Source: a virus (taxonomy: Duplodnaviria; Caudoviricetes). From it: 54,214 bases of DNA. The notes below the pieces were generated by a model. It saw nothing but the letters and a program-made list of their open reading frames with translations. It did no database searches and was not told the origin of the DNA. Made by a program: the position numbers and the translations under genes. Position 1 is the stretch's first letter, and each line of letters starts with the position of its first letter. Location of the stretch: IMG/VR virus record IMGVR_UViG_3300002026_000174, positions 1 to 54,214 of that record; one strand, written 5' to 3'. Of the stretch, positions 18,430 to 27,496 are shown one piece after another.

Positions 18430-20523
18430 ACCGTAGAGGTAGAAGGTATCGCTCTTGTCAACCACGATCGGTGTGTTGCTCTTATCAAAGCCACAGAACA
18501 CAAAGCCTTCTGGATGCTGCGTGATCTCTGCGTTGAGTTCAGGGGTAATCAGCTTGAGTGTTTCAACCTGACTGAAGACAAAGGTATATTCACCGGTTAA
18601 GGTTTGGACCTTCACACGACTAAAGACCATCGACATCGCAGCATAGATGTTAGGTAGATGTTCTTTGTTTTGAAACGTGTTGCCCAGTGAGAGGGAAAGG
18701 ATCTTAACCACATGTTCGGTATCTTCGATGTAGCTTTTGCGGATATAGTCCGTGAGGTAGGTATAGTAGTCGTAGGCTTTCTTCTCACTACGGGTGATGA
18801 AGAGCTTACTGTAGTTGCTGGTGAGCGCGACGCGGTTAGGTGCGATCTTGACAATAGGAAGGCTTGTTTTGACCTTTCTCAGTTTTACCTTAACCCCAGA
18901 GGCCAAGAATTCACCTTCGTCATTGACCTTGGGTAACTTGAAGTAGATCGTCGACTCTTTACCCAAGAGAGGTTTCAGGACCAAACGGTGAATCTCGTAA
19001 TTACCTAACTTAGACTTCTCTTCCTCGATCTCGTAGCTTTTGATCACCACACCAGCTTTCTCGATATTAGAGACACAAGCGAGCACATCTTTCTTAAGGA
19101 CGGAGTCAATGTACTTGTTGTCCATCACCTTCAAGATGTCTTGCTGCATGTCGGCGCGTACGAGGTCGTTGTGGACGTCGATCGTGCGATCGTGTAGGGT
19201 GACCTCCCGGTCGCTCTGGGAGACGATCCTGGCCTCATTAAAGAGCTTGGTGGGGTCGTAGGGAGACTTGAGGGTCTTACGAGACTCGATGAGCTTTTTA
19301 ACGGCTCTGAGCTCAGAGGAATTGACGGCCTTCACATCTAAGAGAGAGCCTAAGTAATCACTGAACTGATCATCCAGTGGTTTTTCTTGGATCAAGTCAA
19401 TGATCTCGGTATCGGTGGCGGTGAAGCTGATCTCTTCTTGCTCGGGGGTGGGTTCTGACACCACAGGAACAGGAGCATCGGCATCGAGTTCGTCCTTGGC
19501 AAAGAGCGTGTCCATGTCGGTGTCGCTGTATTCCTTCTCCAGCTCATCGATGTCGATGTCTTGCTCAGAGGAGGTATCTTCAGCTTCTACAAAGTCATGG
19601 TCAGGCGTGACACCTTTAGCGACAGGGGTATCGACTTGTGCAGCTTCTAAGAGCTTATCGACACGGCTTTGGATGATCAAGAGGAAGATCACATACATCT
19701 TCTGCACTTTATCGACAGGCTTCTTGAGCTTACTCTGCAGCCCAGAGGCGTCAGACAGAGAGGCCAGGATCGACAGAGGTAAGTAGACCACGTGGTCCTT
19801 GTACTCGATGGCCAGCACGACGTTGGCGCTGTCCTCGTCGGTCAAGTCTTTGTACACGGACTGATTGCGTGTCTTAGGATCGAGCCACAAGAACAGATGG
19901 ATCACGTTCAAAAGCGCATCTTCTTGGACCAAGCGCATCATCTTCTGCGGCGGGAACTCGGAGATCCGCTTGATCACGTTGTAGCCGTAGAGCATCGTGG
20001 GGATATAAAACGGCACGAAGTTAACCACGCTAGGATGGGTCGTGACGATCTCTTTGACGCTTTTGAGATACGTGGCGTGCAGGTTGGTGTACGCGTAGTA
20101 TTTGCTCAACGGTGAGCTCGTGTAACGGTAAGCGTCTTTCACGGCGTTGTAGTTGATCACACTCACCGTGGTGTCATCTAAGACCGGGGTCTGGGTGATC
20201 TCGCTGGGGCGAAAGACTGAGAGGTTAGCGCGGTACCATTGACGAATCGTGTTGGCAATGAGCTTGTCTTTGAGGATGGGGTTGCCCTCTTTGACAGCCA
20301 GATCGGTGACGGTCTGTACACGGATCTTCTTGGAGCTTGGCGTGTCTTTGAAGTAGTAGAGATCCTTGGTGGGAAAGCGCACGTGTTCGTTAGGGTCGAT
20401 GTAGTGCACCAGCGCCTGCTTAGGCAGGATCACGTCTTCCTTGCGGTTGATCTTGGGGTTCAGGAGGTTGATGTAGTTCCTCACCGCATAGCGCAGAAGG
20501 AAACTGGGTTTGGCTAAAAGCAT
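18370..20523 (-). CDS. RNA polymerase beta subunit, N-terminal segment (phiKZ gp178-like); out of frame with the next segment
   Basis: GVVIKSYEIE..., LPIVKIAPNRVALTSNYSKLFITRS motifs of phiKZ-type virion RNAP beta; GGAG RBS; last ~17 aa appear out of frame. Confidence 0.8.
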   Translation of the reverse strand: MLLAKPSFLLRYAVRNYINLLNPKINRKEDVILPKQALVHYIDPNEHVRFPTKDLYYFKDTPSSKKIRVQTVTDLAVKEGNPILKDKLIANTIRQWYRANLSVFRPSEITQTPVLDDTTVSVINYNAVKDAYRYTSSPLSKYYAYTNLHATYLKSVKEIVTTHPSVVNFVPFYIPTMLYGYNVIKRISEFPPQKMMRLVQEDALLNVIHLFLWLDPKTRNQSVYKDLTDEDSANVVLAIEYKDHVVYLPLSILASLSDASGLQSKLKKPVDKVQKMYVIFLLIIQSRVDKLLEAAQVDTPVAKGVTPDHDFVEAEDTSSEQDIDIDELEKEYSDTDMDTLFAKDELDADAPVPVVSEPTPEQEEISFTATDTEIIDLIQEKPLDDQFSDYLGSLLDVKAVNSSELRAVKKLIESRKTLKSPYDPTKLFNEARIVSQSDREVTLHDRTIDVHNDLVRADMQQDILKVMDNKYIDSVLKKDVLACVSNIEKAGVVIKSYEIEEEKSKLGNYEIHRLVLKPLLGKESTIYFKLPKVNDEGEFLASGVKVKLRKVKTSLPIVKIAPNRVALTSNYSKLFITRSEKKAYDYYTYLTDYIRKSYIEDTEHVVKILSLSLGNTFQNKEHLPNIYAAMSMVFSRVKVQTLTGEYTFVFSQVETLKLITPELNAEITQHPEGFVFCGFDKSNTPIVVDKSDTFYLYGKVNYPPRSPTSRCLVKICP

Positions 20524-20625
20524 GTGTAGCTCCAGGGGGTGAAATCAAAAAATCTAGAGGGCTATTGGAAAACTACTACGCCACCCAGCGCACCTCTACA
20601 GGGGCTGGATGGCGTAGAGAAAGCA

Positions 20626-21705
20626 TCAGACGTAGTAGCAAAAGCCGTAAAACAGACGCAGCTCTTCGTTGGTAGAGATGTCCTCGGTCGTGAGGGCATT
20701 CTCGATATGGAAGTCTTGCATCAGGAAACCAAAGTTGCTGCTGGTGCTGTAACCGTCATCGGCGTACAGACGGTAAGTCACCGCATCGTAGTCTTCCTTG
20801 AGCGGGTCTAAGCGCACCCCGAGGTAGAGGATAGAAGGCACCGCTTCGTCTACAGGGATGTAGATGTTGAAGTAGTTATGGGTGGTGGCATTGACCACAC
20901 CCGAGGTATCACGAATAGCCGGGATGATACCCGCTGGATTGTAGAGCTCCCAGTATACCGGGGTGTTGGCTGGCAGCTGTGAGTTATCGATATAGATCGT
21001 GAACATGCTCCCCTTAGTGTAGCGGCACTCCAGAGACTTCACCGAGATCGGAGAGGTCAGTTTGTGCTGTGTCACGAAGTACAAGAAGTGGTCGTAGTTC
21101 AGGATCTTGTTGACGGGGAAGACTTTACCGAGCTTAGAGCACTCGATGTCACCGATCAAGTTGTTGACGATGTTCAAGACCACATCGGTCTGACCCATCG
21201 TCACGGCGCGCTTGATACGCTCCAGACCGTCGACCACTGGCTCAAAGCCAAAGACGTCATCCAAGAGGTGGCGATGGATGCTCGGTGGGTACTCGGTGGG
21301 CTTATTGAATATGTTCTCCCATCCTATAGGACGGGTGTCGTTAATCACGGCCTCATAGACGTTGGCAATGGTGTTGTTGCTGTAGGCGAAGTGTCCACCC
21401 AAAGCTTGGTAGGTGATCGTCACGTGTGAGCTCACGCTGGCACGCGTGATGAGGATCACTGATGAGATCTCTTGGCCATAGAGCAGGGTGGCTTCTTGGT
21501 GGAGTTCGACGACTTGGTAGTCCATACCCCGCACTAAAACCGTCACACCGTCTTTGACTTGAAGCGTCTCTGAAAAGAAGGGACCCAAGTTAGGCGAGAT
21601 GCTTCGGTAAGTCGCACCGCTTAAGGTGTGAGGCTCATCGATGATGCGGTTGTTGACATTCGTGCCCGTGATGTCCAAGTCGAGTTTAGGGATATTGTAG
21701 CTCAT
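20626..21705 (-). CDS. Virion structural protein (paralog of the N-terminus of 6673-7650)
   Basis: LDITGTNVNNRIIDEPH, GPFF, ITYQALGG, WENIFNKPTEYPPSIHRH motifs match the 6673-7650 product. Confidence 0.75.
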   Translation of the reverse strand: MSYNIPKLDLDITGTNVNNRIIDEPHTLSGATYRSISPNLGPFFSETLQVKDGVTVLVRGMDYQVVELHQEATLLYGQEISSVILITRASVSSHVTITYQALGGHFAYSNNTIANVYEAVINDTRPIGWENIFNKPTEYPPSIHRHLLDDVFGFEPVVDGLERIKRAVTMGQTDVVLNIVNNLIGDIECSKLGKVFPVNKILNYDHFLYFVTQHKLTSPISVKSLECRYTKGSMFTIYIDNSQLPANTPVYWELYNPAGIIPAIRDTSGVVNATTHNYFNIYIPVDEAVPSILYLGVRLDPLKEDYDAVTYRLYADDGYSTSSNFGFLMQDFHIENALTTEDISTNEELRLFYGFCYYV

Positions 21706-22243
21706 CTGTTTCCGCCATAATGTTAGCTGTGTCGATGTTCACGAACACAGGGGTTTTGCCGCTGATCTCGATGAGTTTGTCAGTGAGCTCCTTAGGGGTA
21801 AAGCCCTCCTCATCACTCGTCATGTAACCAACAGCATCGTAGAAATATGCCGCCAATTGAGAACAGTACCAGGTCTTGTTGTTGCGTTTGATCTTAAAGA
21901 GATAGCTCAGCGCGTCAATCAAACTGTACTTCTTACCCAGCTCTTTGAAAAGGAAAGCTTTGTGCTCAGGCTTCCAATCAATACCCAGAGGCAAATGGTA
22001 GAAGTCTGTGGCGGTAGACAGCGGCGTGAGCATCACCTTAGGTACATCGGCCTCTAACACCATTAGACGATTGCCGGTAAATATCGCGATACCGACATGG
22101 CTGTACTTGGTGTTAAGAATTTTTTGAACCAGCATAAGAAAGATATCGGTGAGCGAGGAGATGCTGCGTCTCTCCCACATCAACAAGTCACCTGACTTGA
22201 TATTGTCTCGGTACTCTGAATAGTTCGCCATCTGTATCTCCAT
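21686..22243 (-). CDS. Permuted papain-like NlpC/P60 (YiiX/YebB-like) enzyme
   Basis: IKSGDLL, YSHVGI (His) and later WYCSQL (Cys), i.e. His before Cys; start may be the second Met. Confidence 0.8.
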   Translation of the reverse strand: MEIQMANYSEYRDNIKSGDLLMWERRSISSLTDIFLMLVQKILNTKYSHVGIAIFTGNRLMVLEADVPKVMLTPLSTATDFYHLPLGIDWKPEHKAFLFKELGKKYSLIDALSYLFKIKRNNKTWYCSQLAAYFYDAVGYMTSDEEGFTPKELTDKLIEISGKTPVFVNIDTANIMAETDELQYP

Positions 22244-22298
22244 ATGGTGGGCTTAAAGGTCAAACTATTTTCCACCCTCTCTCTTAAGGACTCTGATC

Positions 22299-23024
22299 GT
22301 GAAGTATCTCTTGTCTGTCTTACTGTGTGTGTGGACTACACTGTCGTGGGGGGTCAATGTACACACCTACATCCCGCCTAAAGCTCTGCTGTACAAGGAG
22401 CTTATTTCCACGGAAGTACCCAGGATCTTTCCGGGTATGCCGGACTATAACTATGTGCCTGCTCTGATCGAACATGAGAGTTGCATCAGTTTGACCCATC
22501 GACGTTGTTGGTCACCCACGAGTCAACTAAAGACAAAAAGGGAAGAAGGGGCTGGGCTTTCGCAAATCACGAAAGCTTACAGAACAGATGGTACTGTTCG
22601 CTTTGACAAACTCCAAGAGCTACGTGATGCGTACCGCTCAGAGCTGCGAGAGCTCAGCTGGGAGAACATCTACGCCCGACCTGACTTGCAAATACGAGCT
22701 CTGGTTTTACTGGTGCGTCAAGACAACAACCGCTTGCGTGATGTCAAAGATCCTGTAGAACGCATGAAGTTTACCGACGCGGCTTACAACGGAGGCGTGG
22801 GTGGTGTCTTTAAAGAGCAGCGTGCTTGCGGAATCGCTAAGGATTGTGACCCAAACCAATGGTTTGACCATGTGGAGAAGTACTGCACAAGAAGCAAAAA
22901 GGCGATCTACGGTACGCGCTCAGCTTGTGATCTGATCCACAACCATGTCAGAGACGTCATCACCCACAAGCTGCCTAAGTACACGAAGTATTATGGGTTA
23001 GTTCGACCCGTCTCTCTGCAATAG
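22299..23024 (+). CDS. Lytic transglycosylase (SLT-like) with N-terminal signal peptide; candidate endolysin
   Basis: IEHES catalytic Glu, GAGLSQ, AAYNGG motifs; hydrophobic N-terminus; AAGGA RBS. Confidence 0.85.
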   Translation: MKYLLSVLLCVWTTLSWGVNVHTYIPPKALLYKELISTEVPRIFPGMPDYNYVPALIEHESCISLTHRRCWSPTSQLKTKREEGAGLSQITKAYRTDGTVRFDKLQELRDAYRSELRELSWENIYARPDLQIRALVLLVRQDNNRLRDVKDPVERMKFTDAAYNGGVGGVFKEQRACGIAKDCDPNQWFDHVEKYCTRSKKAIYGTRSACDLIHNHVRDVITHKLPKYTKYYGLVRPVSLQ

Positions 23025-23057
23025 ATTCTATCCAACTGTTTTACAAGGACAAAAGCC

Positions 23058-24593
23058 ATGCGTTTAAACTACGAGAGTATCGTTAACTACCAAGACGGTA
23101 CCAGCAACGTGCCAGCGGCACAACAAGCGCTGTTGGATGGGGTGACCACGACAGCGGCGAAGATCAACTTCTTGAGCGGGATCGTTGGGTTGGTGCAAAC
23201 GCGACTGAATGCAATTGTGGATTTGACGGGGGATACCTTTACCGGTAACGTGACGCTGTTTGGCTCACCGACTCTGAACCTGCACGCGGCGACTAAGGCG
23301 TACGTGGATTCGCTGGTGGTGAGTGGTAAGTTGGCCAAGAGCGGTGGCACGATGACTGGGATTTTGTTGTTGGCGGGTGATGCAACGGCAGCATTGCAGA
23401 TCAGTACCAAACACCAAATGGAAGCAGCGATCACCCAAGCGGTGTCGGATTTGAGTAACGTGACCGATCTGACCACGGGCTTTCCCCAGTGGAACACCGC
23501 GGTCAATGCGCAGGTCGGCACCGGGTGGGCAGCGTTTCAGAGCAAACTGCAGGCCGTGATCGACGAGGTGCGTAAGAGCCCGCTGGCGAGTTACACTCGA
23601 GTAATCACTGCAGGTACTTTCGCTGGAACAGGTGAATATTACGGCGGCGTACTCCTCTCAGACGGCCGAGTCTTCATGGTCCCCTCCAACGCTACAGTCG
23701 CTAAGATTTATGACCCCATCACCGATACAGTGTCGACTGCTGGCGGCACATATCCTGGCAGCATGGGTTTTGTTAGCGGGGTGTTGCTCAAGGACGGTCG
23801 GGTATTTCTTAACCCAAGATACAGCACTACTGCGCGCATCTATGACCCTGCCACGGACACGGTCTCAACCCCGACTGGCACCTACCCGGGCAGTGGTGCC
23901 CATACATTCTCAGTATTGCTTTCTGACGGTCGGGTGTTTATACCACCTTACGCGTCAACTCAGGCCCGCATCTATGACCCAATTGCTAACGTACTTAGCA
24001 CCCCCGGTGGTTTATACGCCAGCACAGATCGTATTAGCGGCTCAGCACTATTGCCGGACGGGCGAGTATTCATGTTACCAGCAAGCGGAGTTGCACCGTA
24101 CATCTACGACCCTGCAACAAATTCCACTAGTCGAGCCAGTGGTGTATGGACACAAAGTGGCGTGCCAGTTCCCTACGTGGGTGCTGTGCTAATGTCGGAC
24201 GGGCGCGTCTTTTGCGTACCGTATGACTCGACCACTGCGCGTATCTATGACCCTGTCACGGATACGTCAACAACGCCGGCAGGAACTTATCCCGGTAGCC
24301 AAGCGTGCGGACACGGCGTTCTGTTGTCAGATGGTCGTATTCTTCTCTTACCCAGGGTTACGCTTAATCTCTATATTTATGACCCAGTGACCAATACCCT
24401 GGCCGTTCGCTCGAATACGTTTTCAACGACTCTTTCTTTTTATGGCGGAAGACTTTTACCCGACGGTCGAGTATTTTTAATACCTATGAATTCTACTGTG
24501 GGTGGGGTTTTGACTGCCAGTGTAACTAACCTCTCCGGTAACAAAAAGCTCCCCGCGAATCTGGTCCTCTCGCCTTTCTTCAATACACAATAA
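23058..24593 (+). CDS. Fibre/receptor-binding protein with C-terminal Kelch-like beta-propeller
   Basis: N-terminal fibre motifs (AATKAYVD, GGTMTG) then seven GVLLxDGRVFxxP...ARIYDP repeats. Confidence 0.8.
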   Translation: MRLNYESIVNYQDGTSNVPAAQQALLDGVTTTAAKINFLSGIVGLVQTRLNAIVDLTGDTFTGNVTLFGSPTLNLHAATKAYVDSLVVSGKLAKSGGTMTGILLLAGDATAALQISTKHQMEAAITQAVSDLSNVTDLTTGFPQWNTAVNAQVGTGWAAFQSKLQAVIDEVRKSPLASYTRVITAGTFAGTGEYYGGVLLSDGRVFMVPSNATVAKIYDPITDTVSTAGGTYPGSMGFVSGVLLKDGRVFLNPRYSTTARIYDPATDTVSTPTGTYPGSGAHTFSVLLSDGRVFIPPYASTQARIYDPIANVLSTPGGLYASTDRISGSALLPDGRVFMLPASGVAPYIYDPATNSTSRASGVWTQSGVPVPYVGAVLMSDGRVFCVPYDSTTARIYDPVTDTSTTPAGTYPGSQACGHGVLLSDGRILLLPRVTLNLYIYDPVTNTLAVRSNTFSTTLSFYGGRLLPDGRVFLIPMNSTVGGVLTASVTNLSGNKKLPANLVLSPFFNTQ

Positions 24594-24610
24594 TCTCACG
24601 GCTACTCGCC

Positions 24611-25294
24611 ATGCTACGTAATAAATCCCTCATCCAAAAACATATCACTCTCCAGAACAACCAGTACGTCACAGACACGCTGACCATTCTGGAATTCCCT
24701 AAACGCTACCTCGACAAAGACCTCGCTACCCTAGGTGCCAAAACCTATGTGTACGGTGTCTTTGCGCTGATCATCGGGGATGCTTACAGTGTCTCTCTGA
24801 TTCCCAGCTTCATCGAGACCAACCCGCTCTACATCAAAGAGATCCTCAGAGATAACGTCGAGTACGTGCAGTTCTACTACGGTAAAGACATGCCCGTGAT
24901 CGAGAACACCCAGGTGATCCGTAACAAGGTCTACACCTACAACATCCTAGAAGAGTTCTACCTGCGAGGTAATGTGCCGTGGTACATCGCCTACGATGAT
25001 CTGAACACCATCTTCAACAGCATGCTCGCCTACGCAGATAGCGCCATCGGTAGCTCTAAGCTCACCAATGAGATCATCACGAGCTACATCACCCGAGATA
25101 CCACAGACAAGCACCTCTACCACCGTCTGTCTAAGAAGCCAGACTACACCTACATCGCTCTCGATGATATCTACTACGCCACCCTAGGCACCGTCAATAA
25201 GCTCTCGGGCAGCTACTTCGATAAGGGGTTAGTTAGTGCCTTGGTCCAGCCGGAGAAGTCACCCACGAAGCTTGAGCAGATCATCCGTCGATAG
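24611..25294 (+). CDS. Hypothetical protein, probably virion-associated
   Basis: 227-aa ORF with genome-typical codon bias inside the structural cluster. Confidence 0.7.
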   Translation: MLRNKSLIQKHITLQNNQYVTDTLTILEFPKRYLDKDLATLGAKTYVYGVFALIIGDAYSVSLIPSFIETNPLYIKEILRDNVEYVQFYYGKDMPVIENTQVIRNKVYTYNILEEFYLRGNVPWYIAYDDLNTIFNSMLAYADSAIGSSKLTNEIITSYITRDTTDKHLYHRLSKKPDYTYIALDDIYYATLGTVNKLSGSYFDKGLVSALVQPEKSPTKLEQIIRR

Positions 25295-25375
25295 AACATC
25301 ACCCTAGAGCCGCCTATGTGCTGGCTCTAGGGTGGTTTTCATCGTTTGACTTCACTGTACCCCCTGGAGAAACAC

Positions 25376-27028
25376 ATGCCACTTGACGCAATTGGAATTA
25401 CCGGAATCGACGGCTACACGCCGTTGTACCAGCCCGACGCACGCTGGGCCACATGGTCTATCCATGAGATCTATATGGGCCAAGACGGCCTGAACAAATT
25501 CATCCCTAAGGTCAACGACTACGTGATAGAGCCCGAAACGGGTGCTCTGCAGATCGTGAACTCTTTAGACCAAGTCACCTTCATCCCTGAGCTCAAGCCT
25601 GTCGCGCTGAGCTCCTCGACCACCCTCACCGATACCCTCATCACCGACACCGCTGACAACTACCGTGTCTATTATGACAAGTCCGTGACCCCGTACACCC
25701 TGTGTGTAGATGCTCTGGCCAAGGTCTACTCCACCACCGCTAACTACGCCCGACTGTATCAGGGCTACTACATCGACCCCACCAAGATCATCTCTCGCCG
25801 GTACGACAACTCCAACAACTTTATCGGATCCGATATCCCGTTGCAGCTCGTCGCTTACAACCAAGTCGAGAACTACGCGGTGAAATCTGTGCCGGTCTGT
25901 AATACCACCAGTGAACTCTTAGACGGTGAAGTCGTGACCTGCGTGGTCTTTGATTCCTCGGGCAAAGTCCTGTCTCGCCGTACTCTTCTTGTAGAGAACA
26001 CGACCTTTGTGGCTCAAGCGTTCGCTGAGCAGAAGTACATCGTCAACATCTACATGAAGTCTCCCTTCATCTTCACCAATACTCCCGAGGTCGTGAACTA
26101 CCCCGTGAACCTTCCCCTAGAGTCGTTTAACCCACTCGCCACCGTGCAGTACAACGACGGCTCCACGATGGATTACACGATCAATGGTGGCAAGTTCAAG
26201 CTCTATGGCTTAGACCAGTTCACCTCCACCATCATCGGTCACAAAGTCCCGATGGTGCTCTCCTATAAGCTCGATGCGAACGAAGCGGCGTTGGCTTCCG
26301 TCTCCTCAGATGGCTACTACGTGACTCGTCCGTACACACTGCAAGTCTCTAACCCCAATACCAGTTACAACGTCAAGCTCTTTGTCTACCCGGTGTGGGT
26401 CGATGCCGTCAACGGTTACAAGTACAAAGCCTACTTGATGAACCTGGACAGGAACATCTTGATCGATGTAACGGCTAAGGTGACCTTGTCGACGACTTCA
26501 CCGTCCTTTAACCCACTGCTCTATGGCATCACCCAGCGCCTGACCTTCATGGTGGAGCTCTCAGGGGTCTCTGGGATCTTTAACTACTTCATCCATATCC
26601 AGACGGTTGATATCGTCTTGCGTGCACCAGCCAGTGATGTGGCTGCGACGAACTTCTGGGAAGTCTCCAACCAAGTGCCTAACAACATCCCGTACTACGG
26701 TACTGGTTTGAAGGCCAAGCGAGGCTCTACCGTCTTCACAAAGGTCAACATCGCCAACGGGTACACGGACTCCACTGCGTGGCTCAACGCCCTGTACAAG
26801 CCCACCAACCCGGTCCTGAACCCGCTTACTGAGCTCAACGCACTCACCCCTACCCATATCGAGGTCAAGTACCTCAACCAATCCATCGTGATCCCGGTGA
26901 GCATCTTTACCTCCGATATCACTTTTAGCACCACCATTGCACTGCATAGCAACATTGACATCGTCTTCCTCAAAGAGTCTGTCTCAGGCTATCTGAAACT
27001 CTCTGTAGCTTCGCTGTTGGTTCGCTGA
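25376..27028 (+). CDS. Virion structural protein (phiKZ-like baseplate/tail cluster)
   Basis: About 550 aa, beta-rich; GGAG RBS before ATG 25376; size and context resemble genes near sheath and terminase in phiKZ-like phages. Confidence 0.7.
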   Translation: MPLDAIGITGIDGYTPLYQPDARWATWSIHEIYMGQDGLNKFIPKVNDYVIEPETGALQIVNSLDQVTFIPELKPVALSSSTTLTDTLITDTADNYRVYYDKSVTPYTLCVDALAKVYSTTANYARLYQGYYIDPTKIISRRYDNSNNFIGSDIPLQLVAYNQVENYAVKSVPVCNTTSELLDGEVVTCVVFDSSGKVLSRRTLLVENTTFVAQAFAEQKYIVNIYMKSPFIFTNTPEVVNYPVNLPLESFNPLATVQYNDGSTMDYTINGGKFKLYGLDQFTSTIIGHKVPMVLSYKLDANEAALASVSSDGYYVTRPYTLQVSNPNTSYNVKLFVYPVWVDAVNGYKYKAYLMNLDRNILIDVTAKVTLSTTSPSFNPLLYGITQRLTFMVELSGVSGIFNYFIHIQTVDIVLRAPASDVAATNFWEVSNQVPNNIPYYGTGLKAKRGSTVFTKVNIANGYTDSTAWLNALYKPTNPVLNPLTELNALTPTHIEVKYLNQSIVIPVSIFTSDITFSTTIALHSNIDIVFLKESVSGYLKLSVASLLVR

Positions 27029-27036
27029 GGAGAAAG

Positions 27037-27417
27037 ATGGTGTTGTATCGGTATCTCAAACGCAAACTCCATAAGTTTATCTACACGCTGTTGATCTACG
27101 AGATCATCTTCGTGAGTAAGAGTAAACTCACTTTCCTCGATAAGTTGAAGAAGTTCGCGGAACTCCGTCTGAACTCTAACAAGGGTGAATTCCTGTTCAC
27201 CTTCAAGGAAGACAGAAGGCAGAGCATCAAGTACATCCGCAAGTACATTGTGGAGGTGAAGGTGCCTGAGGATGTGAACTTGGCACTGAGGACCTTAGAC
27301 GATAGAGTGGCGATCATTGTGAATGTGCTGCTCATTAGGATCGATTACGAGATACTCGCTGAGATCCTGTATGAGAAGTATTTGGATGAAGCGATCAAGT
27401 ACTTGAAGACGATTTAA
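27037..27417 (+). CDS. Hypothetical protein
   Basis: 126-aa ORF with GAGGAG RBS overlapping the upstream stop. Confidence 0.7.
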   Translation: MVLYRYLKRKLHKFIYTLLIYEIIFVSKSKLTFLDKLKKFAELRLNSNKGEFLFTFKEDRRQSIKYIRKYIVEVKVPEDVNLALRTLDDRVAIIVNVLLIRIDYEILAEILYEKYLDEAIKYLKTI

Positions 27418-27429
27418 TTGGAAAAGAAT

Positions 27430-27469
27430 ACCCATCACCCTACCCTGTCAAAGGGGTAGGGTGATGGGT
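27430..27469. terminator. Hairpin between convergent genes
   Basis: 16-bp perfect stem ACCCATCACCCTACCC/GGGTAGGGTGATGGGT. Confidence 0.7.
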
Positions 27470-27496
27470 GTGCATCTTCATGGTTTATCCGATAAG

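Noticed and set aside
14191-20523. Stop-codon reassignment or three independent RNAP genes as the explanation for the fragments
   Set aside because: Other genes are full length in the standard code and use all three stops; one break is a clear group I intron and the other is a frame change, not an in-frame stop
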